A DNA stretch of 64,000 nucleotides from Phoronis australis. Lineage: Eukaryota > Animalia > Phoronida. The DNA lies in assembly GCA_002633005.1 (NCBI GenBank), contig NMRA01000508.1, positions 204,031 to 268,030 on the forward strand. The letters are read 5' to 3'. The number at the start of each line of letters is the position of its first letter. The stretch's first letter is position 1. Both the position numbers and the translations under genes were made by a program. The notes under the pieces were generated by a model that was not told where the DNA came from, did no database searches, and saw nothing but the letters and a program-made list of their open reading frames with translations. Shown here piece by piece: positions 1 to 14,543 of this stretch.

Positions 1-3000
1 GGTTGATTGCGCTGGGATCTCGCGGTGACGCAATATACAGTATGGCACGAAAATGCAGCTTCACCTATCATTTGACGGGCTTACATTTGCGTGATTGAAC
101 TCGCGTTTCCTTATTTTACTAAGGCTTTGCTAGGACTATCTCGTTAGCCCAGTACATCTAAAATAACAAAATTCCTTTGAAGTTAGGCTTTAAATCACCT
201 GTGTTCCCCTGATATAAGGAAATAAATACACAAAACGTGCCGAGAGTGGCGTACATGAAGTAATATCCCACGAGACGTTATTACGCGTATCGACCGAGAC
301 CGAAGGTGGAGGTTGATACTCTATAGAGGCTGACGTCGGACAGTGGACCGAACGAATCAAAACGTTACAAAGCTTTTATAATTTTGGAAGAGACAAGGCA
401 GAAACGAGCATAATCTTTCACACCGACATAAAACCCAGTCAGTAGCACCACTATAATTAGATACGATCATTCTTGACAAACGCACTCGGCGTTCGAAGAA
501 ATGAAATCATTGACCGCTATTCACGACTGGGTTTTGACAGTCAGGGTAAAAACCGGTTATATTTACATTTCGAGACACATATTACTCGACACGTTATGCC
601 ATAAAATTGCTACAGTATACACCGGGTCTAAAACTTCAAAAAGTGCAATCGTCCATTGTAGGAACGCTTCAAGAAGGCATCGCTGGTGAGCTGTGTTTAC
701 GAGTGACTCAGTATATACGTCGAGTGCGACAATATATTCCGTCAACATCGACATATATTGTCGCCCGGGCGACAGTATGTGTCTTCTGCGGCAATATGTG
801 TAGTGAACACCAGCCCCTCTATTTGTTGAAATGTTGTCTTCTTATCAGGATTTTGACATAGGCGAATCCTTATAGTCAAGCGGAGAATGCTCAGAACGAT
901 GTTGTAACAAGATGTACTGGGAAAAATCCGTGACATGGTTGGCCATAGTTATAACTACATCTGATGCCAGCCTCGTTTGCGGGAGCATTGATTTTGCAAA
1001 CATTAACATTTGGGATACTTAAGACGTCGAGTCTGGAGGCGACAATGTCCGCTGCATGGTTTTGATAATGTTTACCGTTAATGCCGACACGTATTGCCAC
1101 TCGGGAAACAGTGCACGCATGCGTCGATGTTGACGGCGCATTTTGTCGCCCAGGTGACAAAACGTGTGGAATGCGACATTCTACTTGTATGCCGCAACAT
1201 GCCTTCACGATGGTGTGAAGTGGTCAGACATGTGTGGAATTTATCAAGTCATTATTTCAAGATGTCCAACTGTTAAGAAGGCTTAAACTGTTATGTACTA
1301 TTTTGTTTCATTACTAAACTATGTTTACTTTTTCTCAGACTTTCAATCAAGCAGTCAGCGTTGTTTGTAAACTCACGTCATTTCCTACATCGTATCTCAG
1401 ACATGAATGATTAGATTCACGTAACATCAACTTCTTCAAAGTCATATTAGGAATTGTTTCCAAAATGTTACCCTTTTGCATGAGAGAGTATCAAAAATAT
1501 GACTTGATGACTTCCTTCAAAAATTCAAATTTCATAAAATTAAAATAAATGATAAATTAGGAAATTGTAATAGCGTATTTGTCTCATCATGCTGAACAAT
1601 TGTATCAAAAATAAGGTGAAATGACCCAATCACTATCATATGGATACAAATGCAAAAATCTGATTCCACTGGCATTTTAATTTCATAGAATATATTTAAA
1701 ATAAATGTATCCGATATTCGGCTACATATCTTAAGTTATAGTGTTTGGATACAACTTCTTCCTGTGTACATATGTACATGTACTCACAGGTCTCTTCAAC
1801 AACACTAGGCCACCGATTCTTCGTTTTGCGTCTCGTCCTTTTTACTTTACTCATGAAAACGATGTTGCTGAGTTTGAGGTTTTTGAACTTACCTTGTCGG
1901 TGTCAATGAACTTCACTATTCATGAACTTGCATAAGCCATTGAAAGTACAACCGACCTTTCATGTATCTAAAAAACAAGAATTCTGCTATCTCATAAACC
2001 TGAACTCCAAGAAATTACTTCAATACAGCGCAATAATCCACATAAATTGAACAGGAAATACACAGCCAGGAAAATGCATGAATTCACAAGAATATTACAG
2101 ATGTGTTGGGCTCCTGTATCTAACATTTGTCTGGGATGTACATGGATTCAACGAAACACTAGGTGGCACTGAGAAACAACAAAAGGACAGTAACTAACAG
2201 AGCCACTTGTGGGACTACATGGAAGTAGCAATATATAAACAAACAAAGCAAAACAATGGTCTCTACTTCCTGGTTTACAGGAGTTATAACCAATCAAAAT
2301 GTGCATGTTGTTGCGTCATAGTGTTTGCATTGAGCATAAGAGAGGTATGGTTGAATGAGACATGTTTGGTGTCCGTTTTTAAGCTAGCTGTCGAAGTCGG
2401 AGCACGAGAACCACATTCGCTGGTGCAGCGTATGACCAACAAGGTGAATTATCCAGAAAGAGCGTCAGGTGGCGTTAGGTCATCGTAAATAGAAAATAAG
2501 AATCATTTTTCCTTAAATGATAAAAAATGTAAAATTGGGGAAATGGACAAACGGACGTTTCTCTGCAATTTTCCCCGAAGATTACTGAAATGATTGGATT
2601 CTTTTTTCAACGAAATATTTTGCCTTTTGATTACGTTATGTTTGGCACGACCAAGGAACTTGTTTTTCATCACTTATAACCGAACATTCCATTGATCAAA
2701 ATACTGCTTGCAACCTTGTGGCGGGTTTAAAAGTCATTTGAACTCATTGACGACTTAAACCACGTTACTTTATGGTTTAAGTTCTAGTCGCTTGTAACCG
2801 TGCATAAGCGGCTTTATGGGGGGTCAGGGGGCCCGGCCCTCCTTGGCTGCCGGAAAAAACATAAAACTGCAAGAACGTAGGGAAATGTTGAGTTAATTAA
2901 TTAACCCCGGTAATTAACATTATACGACGGAAACAAGATTTTAATGTGCGCAGTTTTAGTGTGTTTGGGGGGGGGTTTAGATCCAATTTCAAGTGTCAAT

Positions 3001-6000
3001 TTCGGAACACGGCTCAATTGTAACAAATCTATGGCTAAGTATTGGCTCTCCCGCGATATCCCAGGCGACCGGCAGTGGCTCTGCGCACTCCGACTCCGTT
3101 TCCGTCGTCTGCTTCACTGTGCAATGAAGAATCTTACTTCATTTTTTTAAAGAAAATGGAATCTGAGTGACGATGAAAAAACAGAAGCTGCTGGTAAGAT
3201 GTGAATTTTAACCGAAGCATCAGTGAATCACTCAGAAACTCATAATAATCTCTTTGTCAAACCTTAACTTAAGACGATTTCCAAAGCAATCGCGTCATTA
3301 GTGCCAACACAAAAAACGGGTTTGGTCTTTTGGGCAATTGAAGACTATTTTAAATACAACAAATTTGTTACGAACTGATTGCACAAAATATAAAAAGTGT
3401 AATAAGATTTACAAAAAGAAGTAGGTTTCGCGCGCAAACGCTGTGGACCATAAACAAGTAGGTCTCTTATCAATAACTGTTGAGTGAAGTCGTGGTCGTG
3501 TAGAGGTAAAGTACTCTCGCTCTTTCCGCCAGGTCATGAGTTCGAGTCTGTGATAATTGTGATAATTGAAGTTTGTCATGTTTGACTCGTTCGCCGTGTT
3601 TTTTTTTTTTTTTTTTTTTTCTTTGCCTTTTTTGTTGGATAATACTTCAGGAATCAAGGAAAATGCGTGATTTTTAGAGAAAAAAAATTCCTGGGAGGGA
3701 GGGGGTTCGTCCCCCCCCTTGTGATATCCTAGATCCGCCACTGCCGTGCACAGTGTGTACGTAATTAATGCGTCCATGAACTATGTGGGCCAAACAGGTG
3801 GTAATCAAGCTACATCTACCATTGAACGAAAATTTGTATCAATGGTTTCACACCATCGAGACGCATGTTAAGCTCTGGAAAGTAGGATTGTATGTATACA
3901 TATTTCGGTAAGCTAATCGTCAATTGGGTTGGATATTTTCTATCAAGCAAAGGATTCTTTCCTGAACATGAAAACTTCAGTTACAAAAGGTAAAGTAAGT
4001 TAAGACTGTATTCAAGAATAAAATGAAAATTAGTTGTGAGATTTTTTCATTTTAATCGTGAGTACAGGTTGAACCAACTTTACTATGAGGCTGTCATCAG
4101 TACATTATATCAAATACAAAATTCTGTCGCCAAGTAGTGAATAAGTACTGTATAAACATCACAGTTTATTGCAGATACAGAAGTTCGTTCTATACTGAAC
4201 ATGACGCAATTTATGTTTTACCTTTTTTAATGTCTGACTATTTTCTTGCGAACATGGCACCCACGCCACAGTTAATGATTTCCGCGTGTCCATACAGTGA
4301 CCTTGGCTAATGAGACCACAGAAGGTACATAACTTTAAAATCAACGTTATGACTATTTTGAGATACTGGAGAATTTTATGTCAAATTTTATACCCGTAGG
4401 CGTGACCGCCCACAGTGAATCCCCATGCGCTATCGACGAGACACAACACTTCTGGGTACTGCTTGTAACCGTGTGACCCGAAGTTGATGAGGAGTCGTAC
4501 AATGTTAAGTTGCTATGGTGTCCCGTGCGTGAACTGTAGTTGGAATGTACCCTGAGTTCATGAGCGTATTTCCAATAAAACATGACGTTACATTGTTCAT
4601 TACGTGGGTATTAGTTGTAAATAATTTAGAAACGTGCCAAATTGTTATCACTTACCCACTACCGCCTGTGCCAGTTCTTACAAGGTTATTCACTTTTTAA
4701 ACGCTGTCAAAATACGTTGAGTTAATTACACGAAATGAACCTAAGAAGCGCAACTCAAAAACAAATACTTTTATTTTTGTTATTGTTTATCTTCTACGCG
4801 GACTTTTTAGTGCTGCGTCGCCCATGTTCAGGATTGGTCAGTTGAACCAATTATAATGTATGCCAAGAACTACAGTACATACCAGTTGTTTCTTAACGTG
4901 TTGTTTTTACGACACGTAAACAAAAACCACAACATTGTGTACTGCGCTGTCTATCGTTGGAGTACTCGGAACTGTCACCACCGATTAGCAATCGGTGGTG
5001 TGTGACGGGGTGCACGTATAGCGACGGAAGATCTTTTCAGTTTTACAGTATCACCTTGAAGAACCCTCATGTGAATCCCAGTCAAAACGAGGAAATCACA
5101 TTTATCAGAGTAATATTTATACATTGTAATTTTGAAAAAAATATTGCGGTACCAGAAATTAACGATGTACAGCTGCATAAGGCAATGCAACTATTTATGC
5201 CACGTAGACTCTATACATGTACAAGACGTCTCGTAGATCTACTATAACTGATTCAGTGCATAGTAATAATTATTCCGTTCTTTATAATTTGTAAAGTACA
5301 AAGTCAATGACCGAGAATGGGAGATCTGTAAGACTCCATTTTGATCACAAGTGTTTCAGAACTTTTGCAAAATAAATCAATCCCAAACTTGTCGGGGCGG
5401 GGGGGAGCTTCTTTCATTTGACCACGGATAGAACGTGGCATACAAAAACCCAGACCATACACACAAACTCGGGTTGATCAACGAAAATGGTCATCAGACA
5501 TAAACAAATTTCTTACTAGTGGTTGCAAGTCGCAGTTCTCTTTGGAAAGTGTATCACAAAGTCGCCCCCCGGCCTCTCTATCCATGTGAAGTGTGATCAA
5601 CAACTGTATACTGTACTTGGGGGGGGGTGAACCCGAGACAATACTACCCGATGGAGTAAAGCAGGCTTTAAGGGATCGCATGTTTACAGGGCCTCGATAA
5701 ATGCACATTCTTGTTATTTGAGGGGCATGTAATCGATCTAGAATATACCTGAGTTTTTCAAGAGGAATGATTGCAAAACGATATTCTTTGACCGGGACGA
5801 GGTTGCACAAAGACTTCACATAAATTGTGCCAGTGACTGGCAATTATGTGTGTATTCGCAGAGACTTTGCATTTTTGCCCATGTGATATTTACTAATGTT
5901 TCAAAGATGGTTGTGTGTAGCGTAAGACCAAATTTCAGTTTTAAATCTTTAAAGACACTTTTCACGAAACAGACCCAAAAGTACAGTGTATGGAAATCTC

Positions 6001-6369
6001 GGAGCGTTCCTAATTTTAGATAGCTCGTTGGGTATACATTAAAGGGAAATTACAAAACCAACGTATTAAGACAAAAAGATACTCATTTGCTTAACATGTT
6101 CGTCGACTCATTTGTAATTACGCAGTGTTTTCGTAAAATCTCGGAAGGTTCATTAAGATGGTTAACTATAATTTGATAAGCAAATCAGTATTGACTGAGG
6201 CTTCTAATGAGGGCAGTATGTCTTCCTAGACTGTTTCCGTTTAAATTAACAGAGTAAGAACTGATTAAAGACAATTTGCATTTTTTCTTTGACAGTACTC
6301 ACAACCGAAAATGCAAGGTTATCAACCAAGAGGCTACACATCTTAAAATATCCATCAAGAAATTTTGGT

Positions 6370-6700
6370 TGTACATACATGTATGTGTATTTGTTTATTT
6401 GTATGTGTATGTATAGTTGTATATGTACATGTATATGTCTATATTTGTATGTGTAAACATGTATGTATATCTGTGTATGAAACGTGTATATATATTTGTG
6501 TATATGTATAATGTATTAATGTTTATGTATAATGTATTAATGTTTATGTATAATGTATTAATGTTTATGTATAATTTGTGTTAATGTTTATGTTTGTGTA
6601 TTGTACAGTTTGTATATGTGCATATGAGCATACATTGTATATGTGTATACGTATATGTATACATGCATATGTGCACATGTGTACATGTAAGTGTTTATGA
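6370..6700. repeat. Degenerate (TA/TG)-rich low-complexity tract with ~20-bp TGTATAATGTATTAATGTTTA units
   Basis: Visible simple-sequence composition; unit repeated 3-4 times at ~6505-6590. Confidence 0.8.
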
Positions 6701-6714
6701 GAGTGTTTAAAAAT

Positions 6715-6952
6715 CATGCGCGCACCCAGGGGGCTCGGGGAGCTCGAACGAGTGGGCAAAACGGTCCGCCTCAAAAAAAAAACAACTCCGAGAAAACGAG
6801 GCAAACGTCCACCAGTTACTGTTTTAAAGGTAGTGCCCTGTTTTTTGTTTTTGTTTTTTTTTTAGTCCTGCCGATATTCAATTTTTTGTCAGCAAAAGGT
6901 CGGCATTGACAGAAATTCGAGCCCCCCATATTGAAGGCTGGGTGTGCGCATG
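6715..6952 (+). mobile_element. Non-autonomous TIR element (MITE family A)
   Basis: Ends CATGCGCGCACCCAG...CTGGGTGTGCGCATG, flanked by AAAAT on both sides (6710-6714, 6953-6957). Related copies at 14291-14543, ~24752-24913 and ~31120-31357 in reverse orientation. Confidence 0.75.
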
Positions 6953-9162
6953 AAAATGATTTCCATATCAGAATAGACTACTCATTTCCTTCAGACTTAG
7001 AAAAAGTTTCTCGTACATGTAGCTTACAATTTTCACTGATTTGGTCATCGCTTTCAACATTAGACTTACCAACCGCTATTAATCTTAGGCATATGCTGTT
7101 GTATGCTGTTTTGATGCGCTCAGTTTCAGTGCTCCGCTTTTTTCGCAATCGTTATGCTATTTTCTCATTTCGGAAATTGTCAACGCAGCGTCTTTAATGA
7201 ATACGTTGGCGGCAGGAGAGGAATTAGGCAAAATTTCCCCGCGACTGTGAGGTAGGTATCAAATGGAGCACTAAATGGTGGCGGATAGGCACAGTCTCAA
7301 CCTGCGTCTGCCTAGGCCAATGGTAGGCCTACACTTTGCTCACGCGGTCTCAGTTTAAAGTCTATTCATTGGCTTTTTATCACCAGTTTACTATGGCTTA
7401 CACCCAATGTAAACGTGATCACACGAATTTATCTCAGACAACAGATCAAGAAAATTTTGAAGCATTTTCAACAAAGTACTTTGATTTTTTACGTAAGTAC
7501 ATTTTTCTGCTTTTGTTTTCGCATTGGCCCTCGACTTCTCCGGTTGTTGACCTTCGGATACTGCCTTAATCGCAAACTGACTTTGTTCGTGACGTCATTT
7601 TAGAATCCAAGCACCATGTCCAACAACAGTAAAGTACTCTGGTAATAGTAACCTCCGAAATCCTTCCTTTATCAGGCTATCGGGATTTTACAATAGATTT
7701 CTTCATTTTGGAGAGCTGGAGTTTTTTATAATCTACACGTATATGCCAATGACTGGTTGAGATCATGCGAATATTTAGTGACTCAAGGAGGATGTATGTC
7801 ATCGGTTCATTAGTAAAAGACTGTTGACATAAGCTTCTTAAAAACAATTTTAATTTTACGCTACAAATCCACCAATCAATGCCAAGCTATACCTGAAACA
7901 AACGCGAAAGGAACGCGAATCCATCCGGCTCTTTACCAAAGTTAAAAACTCATCTCACACGACAGTCCAGCATTCGATTTCGTTCTCATATGCTCAATTT
8001 AGAGAGTTTGGTACTTCATGTTGCCTCTTTTATTATAGTTATTACGTGCCGGCTTTGATAAGCATTGACTGCCTTCGTGGCCATTTTCACGACCTCCATC
8101 AATAACGAGGTAACCATTTTGATTTCACTAACTCTGACTGACAGCCTTTGATCGGAATCGACAATTTGTTATATAATCGCAAGTATATATTGCCGCCTCA
8201 AAATTAATAACTCCCAGAATTCAATCGTAAAGCCGAATGTGTTAAGACTCACATAATATGCAACACTGTTACCTGTCTTGAAGGCCACAATTTTAAAGAA
8301 AAAATACAAATTAGAAAAGTTAGATGAAAAATTTCTGTTTGGCTTCAGAATCACGTGACACTATACATGTGCTATTAAACATGCCTCATCATTCTTAACG
8401 ATGCTTTTTTGTGTCATCATTTAAGGAGGTCGGAATTCTGAGCTTTTTCGCAAATCATACGAATTGGACTAAGTTAGATTCAGATATGTAACTAAATTCC
8501 ATTAAACGAACGGAAGAACAAATTTGCTACCCGACGTGACATCGCTAACGTGTGCACCAAATTATCATTTACTATTCAGACATGTTCGATTCTAGCGATT
8601 TACGGTTAACGACCACTTGAACGGGCACGTGGCGCTATATAATGAGACATTGGCTTCCACGCGATACAAATTACGGACGTTTGGCGAACCAACAGGACTG
8701 ACGAAACAATAGGATAGAGTTATCTCAAAACAGAGGAACTTCACAGGATTTATACTTGAAAATTCCGGTTTACAGCACAAGTGGTAAGTCTTGATTTTAA
8801 TCCAGTTTTCGTTGACGCGGATTTTAGCGGTGGCAAAAGTCTGTCCGTTTTTGTAGTACGGACAAGGTAAGTATAACTGAACTTACATTTATCAAACATA
8901 ACTTCCAAGCGCGTCTTTTTTCAAAGCTTTGCACCCAGCTACATACAGAAGAAGTGTGAGTTCGACAGTTGTAAGAGTGCTTCAGGCCAGCGGCAGTGAG
9001 TTACTCTAAATTGACATTTTGCGCTAGCTATTACTCTTTTTTTCTAACTCCTAAGACGACTTTCAATTTCTGCTCATGAAATGACCGAGAAGCAAGCAGG
9101 GTCATTACATTACCGTCAGATGACCCAGAGTTCATGGCTGAGGCACAGATTATTACACGAAA

Positions 9163-9212
9163 TTACGTGAACATGGTTGAACATTACGTGAACATGGTTG
9201 AACATTACGTGA
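9163..9212. repeat. 21-bp tandem repeat ATTACGTGAACATGGTTGAAC, ~2.4 copies
   Basis: Direct reading. Confidence 0.8.
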
Positions 9213-12200
9213 AAGTTTCCGACGCCGCACAGGTGACCCCCAATAGCCAAACATGGTTTCTCTGAAATACTCAACAACATTCATGACTGGTTGATCTTGT
9301 TTCCTTGTGTTTACGTGAAACACCAGTGTTTGCAACTGTTTATCTTACGGCCAACTAGGATCACATGTACATAATCATTCAAATAAGGGCACTTTCAGTC
9401 ACGCAGTCTCTCGCGAGACACTTGTGGCAAGATTCATGTATCTGGGCTCCGTAGCGAGAAGTGAACCTTCAATATTCGAAGATATCTCTAGCTTTGATCA
9501 CTACCAATGGCGATCATTTTACTAGATAGTTTTTACCAGCAAAACGACATGTAGAGCGAGGTCTTTGAACTAGCCGCTGAGATAATACCAACAGTGCCGG
9601 ATTCTGGCTCAGCTAGTCGTAACCATGGCGCTCCTCGGTAGTTGTGGCAACCAGCTGGAGTAAATAAAAATACGAAAATCGTGACGAGCGTGGGATAGAG
9701 ACGGGCGTGAAAAAGTTTAGATGAAAATTGTGACGACGGAGTGACAGCTCTATTTACCATCAGACTTCTTGCAGCGTAGGAATCCGGCCTGCATTATTCG
9801 TCAAACTATCGCGAGAGTGCATGTGGTAATTGTACCAGGGATTCAATTTCAAAGTTGGTAACTTGTTGTTCACTCTTGTTTCGACGCCGTAAAACAAAAT
9901 CTCATCTACAGAGTTGGATGTCAGGTACAACTTCTTCACTAACGTGATGCTCGTTCGCAGCCCGTGCTCTACTTTATCACTTGTTAAAGTGGATTTAAAC
10001 TGTCATTATGGGACGTCTGGCATCCTGTAAAAACTTCTACTCAATATATCTCTCGTTTCTGTGGACTGTCATTCTGGTCAGTGAAGATATGCTCAGCCAG
10101 ACCATCAGGTGGAGCGCAGTGAACAGACATGGGAATGCGATTCCCTTCTAATTTGCGTCCACTTGATAATTTTCACAGACGTTTTAAACTATAAAGTAAA
10201 CATTTCTATAAAGCTTCTGGTTTTGTAAACCAAATGATTTCAATTTGAATTTTATTGAGCACTACTACAACGGTAGGTCAAAATCAGTGGCCAACTTCAA
10301 AGTTAACAAAACGAAAATGAAGCCAAAATAAACATCTGTGAGCTCTGTTTAGACTGCAGTGTAACCATAGAAACCAAAATTCGATACTTTGCTCTATTTT
10401 TGTGACGTGACCGTCGTAAACTTAAAATAATTCGATTGTGTGAAATGGGATGTTACAAAGGTTACCTAAACAGCCCACAAAATGCACTATATGCAAGACG
10501 ACTGAATGCCTGCATTCAGGTTTACCACTGATGAAAATTTACGCGGACGTCGAAAGTTGGTCTGTCTACTAGAAACTGATCCGTATTTGCGTCCCTTCCG
10601 CCACACACCGACCAGTAGGGGAGCTTTCTGTAGACTAAGACACCCGCGCTCCCCCGTTCTAATTTCACTGCATCCGTTTAGGAGTAATAGGATGACTGTT
10701 GCCCTATGGTGCTGCATACCCAAATTACACAAAGGATTCTGGGACACATCAACAAAGGAACAGCAGTTGCAGAGTGCGTTATCTCTCTTCTCTTCTTTGA
10801 TTTTTTCCTTTCAAACAATGAAAATTTCAATTGAAAGTGGCGAATCAAGTTTTTTTAGTTCTCAGTGTCTAAAATGGTCGGGAAAGAATGTTGCCACGAA
10901 CAAAAAGTGGTAAGTTCCTTTTGTATTTCCAACAGGTAAGAAGCATTCATATTTGCTGTTTTGGCAATTGCGACTGAGACAACGCTTTATGGTTCGTGGA
11001 AATGCTAGCTCATGCAGGAACACGTAGTCACGCGAATGACAGCGTTTCGCGAGTATCTTCTGTGTAGGGCCAAATTGTCATAATTTCAAAATTGTGACGA
11101 TTTTGGACCAGCGCTGCAGACCCAAGTTGTCACAATTTGTACAAATTGTCACAATTGTGGCAATGTTCGGTCAGCGCTGTGACATTTCACTTGCGGTGAA
11201 AGGTACAGCCAGGAAAAATTCCCTATTTTATCAGCTTTTCTTCAAATCAAAATTGCGTATCAACAAGTCGTTGGCGATATCACGCATGCTTGCAGTGGTG
11301 TAGCCCACCTGTGTACGTGTAAGTCATCCAGGTGCTTGTAAAGTATGATACTATTCAATTTTATATACCTCAATTTTTTTATTTTTTTTTAAATGCCCAT
11401 GATCTTTTTAAGAAGTTGTCTCTGTCTCCTTATTTATGAGAGTTGGGGAGTCCCCTGTTCGAATAAGACAGTGAGATTAGACGTGTTTCGCGCCAATTCG
11501 AGAAGTTATTGTTAAAAATTAAGAATGCGGGAAAAAGTTTGGCGTTAAAATGGGACAGGTCAGTACCTATAAGCAGTACCGTACAACGTCTTATAGAGTA
11601 CAAGACCAAGGGTTAACAAACTTTGATGTACACGAACTTGACTTCATTTTCTGTTCCTTTATGTCAGTCTTGGTTTTCAATTTTCTAGGAAAAGTATGTA
11701 CGCTCGTTTTTTATATGCGTTTATCACGGGCTCGCCCTCATAGGAGGCTCAGTGGGAACTTGCCACCAACTCTCGTGGGTATCATCTCAGGTGGGTGAAA
11801 TTATTGTCTTAGGCGACTATTTTCCCAGTTTCCTTGGTATTGTGCTGGTCTGGATTTCGAACGTGTGTGCCGGTACCCCCCGGAATTCTCCCTTCCGTTT
11901 GGTTGTTGACTTAAAATGCCTAGGTGGCAATGGGCAACACTATTTTTACCGACTTAGATCGTAACGTTTGACTTTATATGGGAAGTGGAAGCGAGCTGCA
12001 TAAAAACGAATCGCTTCAGTAGTGGACACCCAACCTTAATTTCCCCAGAAATGAACTAGAACCTCAAATCAAGTCGTGTCTCTGACTTTACGGTAATGGA
12101 TTAACAGTCTGCCTGTCTGAGGGTAAAATTTCAACAAAAAATACTTTGGCTGCTATATGATAGGTAAAGTTTCAAAAAACAATATACTCATCATGCATTA

Positions 12201-13361
12201 GTCGATTGTTAGGGTTTGTCCGACAGATACGGTTTCAATAAACGTTCTTCATGGTCGATTAATTGATAGTTAGTGTGCTGTTTTATGGTACTAAGCAAAC
12301 GTGCCTTGAAATATTGTCCGATCAGTGCAACTTCGCATTCGTCCGTATGTCAGAAATGCTCGTTTCCATTAATGCGCAATACATAACGCGATGCGTTTAA
12401 ATGGCTTTAGCGATAAATAAAAGAAACGTTTCCATGTGTACGTACATGTAAGCGTAATCGCGTAATCCGTGTCTCCTCTTCAGAAGGCTAGGCCTACAGG
12501 TGTATACATAAACGATGGGGAAAACACACTGCAGTGCCAATTCACCGAGTGAGATGTCAAAATAACAATTGCCTACCCTCCACCCTCAGGAAGGGACAAA
12601 TTTTTGTTGTCTTTTCCGTCCTACATGTGCATCCGTGAGTTTTAAACCAAAACGTTTGTTTTTGTGACAGAAGGCAGGTTTACTGTGCATCCGCGTCGAG
12701 TGGTTCAAAGCCGCCACTAGACCTCTGCTCGCAAGAAGAAAACCATCATTTTTATACGTTTTACATAAATAAACAATAAGATGATGCTAAAGCTGTTATT
12801 GTGAATATTTACGAATGCATATATGCGAGAACGAGACTGTTGTAGCCTATACCTTAATTCTTTCGTACGAACTGAAACCTTTTTTATTGCTTTTAAATTA
12901 AAATTTCAGGTACTTGAGAATTGACTTCACGCGAAGAAGCTATTACTGAAAATTATCTCTTGCAAGCTGGCGTTGAAACTGTAGCAAATAAAATTGGCCA
13001 TTAATACGCACTCGGTCCAGGGTTTTATCTCCTAACTCGATTATCAGACTCGAAATTTGATCATGAGTCACGCAGCTCGATTCAAGTACAGATTTGCAAA
13101 TTCACTCTAAGAGTAACATGCACTAACAGGTCAATTTTCGAGTTAAGTTTCGAGACCCCGGGCCCAGAAGGCAAGAACAGCTAAATGTACGTAAAGTATT
13201 GTTATCTATTCGGATTATTTTGACACGAAGCGTTCACTTCCGCGGAGCTTTTCAAAAAATTACGGAAATATGATTTCTCTGTAATTCATAAACGAGATAA
13301 TAAATTTCAGTGAATTGCGTTAGTCTTGCAGGACCCGGCCTAAACCACCATCCACTCTTTN

Positions 13362-13800
13362 TGTCATCTGCATAAAGGTATGTGCTACATGACAGGTTAT
13401 CAGGAAGGTCATTAATATAAACCAAGAAGAGAAGAGGGCCCAATACGCTACCCTGCGGTACACCTGCGTTTACAAATCCAGGATGGGATAAAATTGAAAG
13501 TACGCCATCGACACGAACACTGTATGTTCTTTCGGAGAGATATGAGGTGATCATGTTTAAAAGATTACCAGTAATGCCATAGGATCGAAGTTTGTGAAGT
13601 AGAAGGTCGTGAGGGACACAGTCGAAAGCAGAAGCTATATCTAGAAAAATGGACCTGACACTCTCTCCCTTCTCAAAATGTAAATGAATCTCATGTACTA
13701 TTTCAACAAGTTGTGCCACGGTGCTGTTCCCACGCAAAAAACCAAATTGACGATGATAGATCAAGTTGTTTTGTTTGAGAAATGTAAGAATACTTTGAGC
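13362..13800 (-). mobile_element. Non-LTR retrotransposon (CR1/L2-like LINE) reverse transcriptase fragment
   Basis: Open frame with [43 protein letters not shown] and LYADD motifs; stops at an assembly N (13361) right after YADD. Confidence 0.93.
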
Positions 13801-14290
13801 AATGAGCATATTGAGTAGTTGTAACAATTGCCATAGCTTATCGCGAGATTTAGACCAAGACAACAATCTTTGGAGGTTGCGCGTTGGTTTGGCGACTGTC
13901 AGCTGGGGGCATACAAGTAGACTTGACCGCGACCTCGCTGGTTTTGTCAAAATAACCAGCCAAGACATCTTATTGGTTCTCGATGACGACTTCCGGTTTT
14001 AATGAAGTTATGACATTGATCAAAGTAGTTTCTTTGTGTCAGTGGTTTTCTTTTTTTTCATTAGATTACTCTATCTTTGAACTGTATTGTTCTGTATACG
14101 GACAAGTGTAAAGTCCGCAATGGAGATGTTCATTCAGTCAAGGCATTCATTCATTTATTCATCGAGGGCACACTGGTTATTGTCATCATAAAAATCTAAA
14201 AATCACGTCTTTCAACCCACAAAAAGGTGAACACGCCGTAATAATACCACTGGCCTTGTTTTGAATCCTTGTGATGAATATGCATATCCG

Positions 14291-14543
14291 CATGTGCGCA
14301 CCCAGCCTTCAATATCGGGGGCTCGAACTTCTGTTGATGGGGACCTTTTGCTGACAAAATATCGGCAGGACTAAAAAAAATAAAAACGGGGTAGGCCTAC
14401 TACCTTCAAAACTGTAAACTGTGAGTTTGCGTCTTTTTAGTGGACTTTTGTCTCGTTTTCTCGGAGTTTTTGTTTCTCTTTGCCCACTTCGCCAAATTGG
14501 GGGGATCCTTCGAGCCCCCGAGCCCCTCCTGGATGGGCGCATG
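14291..14543 (-). mobile_element. MITE family A copy
   Basis: Reverse-complement similarity to 6715-6952 (CATGTGCGCACCCAGCCTTCAATAT...GGATGGGCGCATG). Confidence 0.7.

Noticed and set aside
501-1276. Overlapping short ORFs and TGTCGCCCGGGCGACA-like palindromes (~759, ~1144)
   Set aside because: No recognisable protein or consistent splice model; more likely a transposon remnant whose ends I cannot define.
4159-4344. GHCMDT...VPCSQENSQ resembling a ricin-B lectin repeat
   Set aside because: Short resemblance, lacks QxW, and is out of phase with the neighbouring candidate exon.
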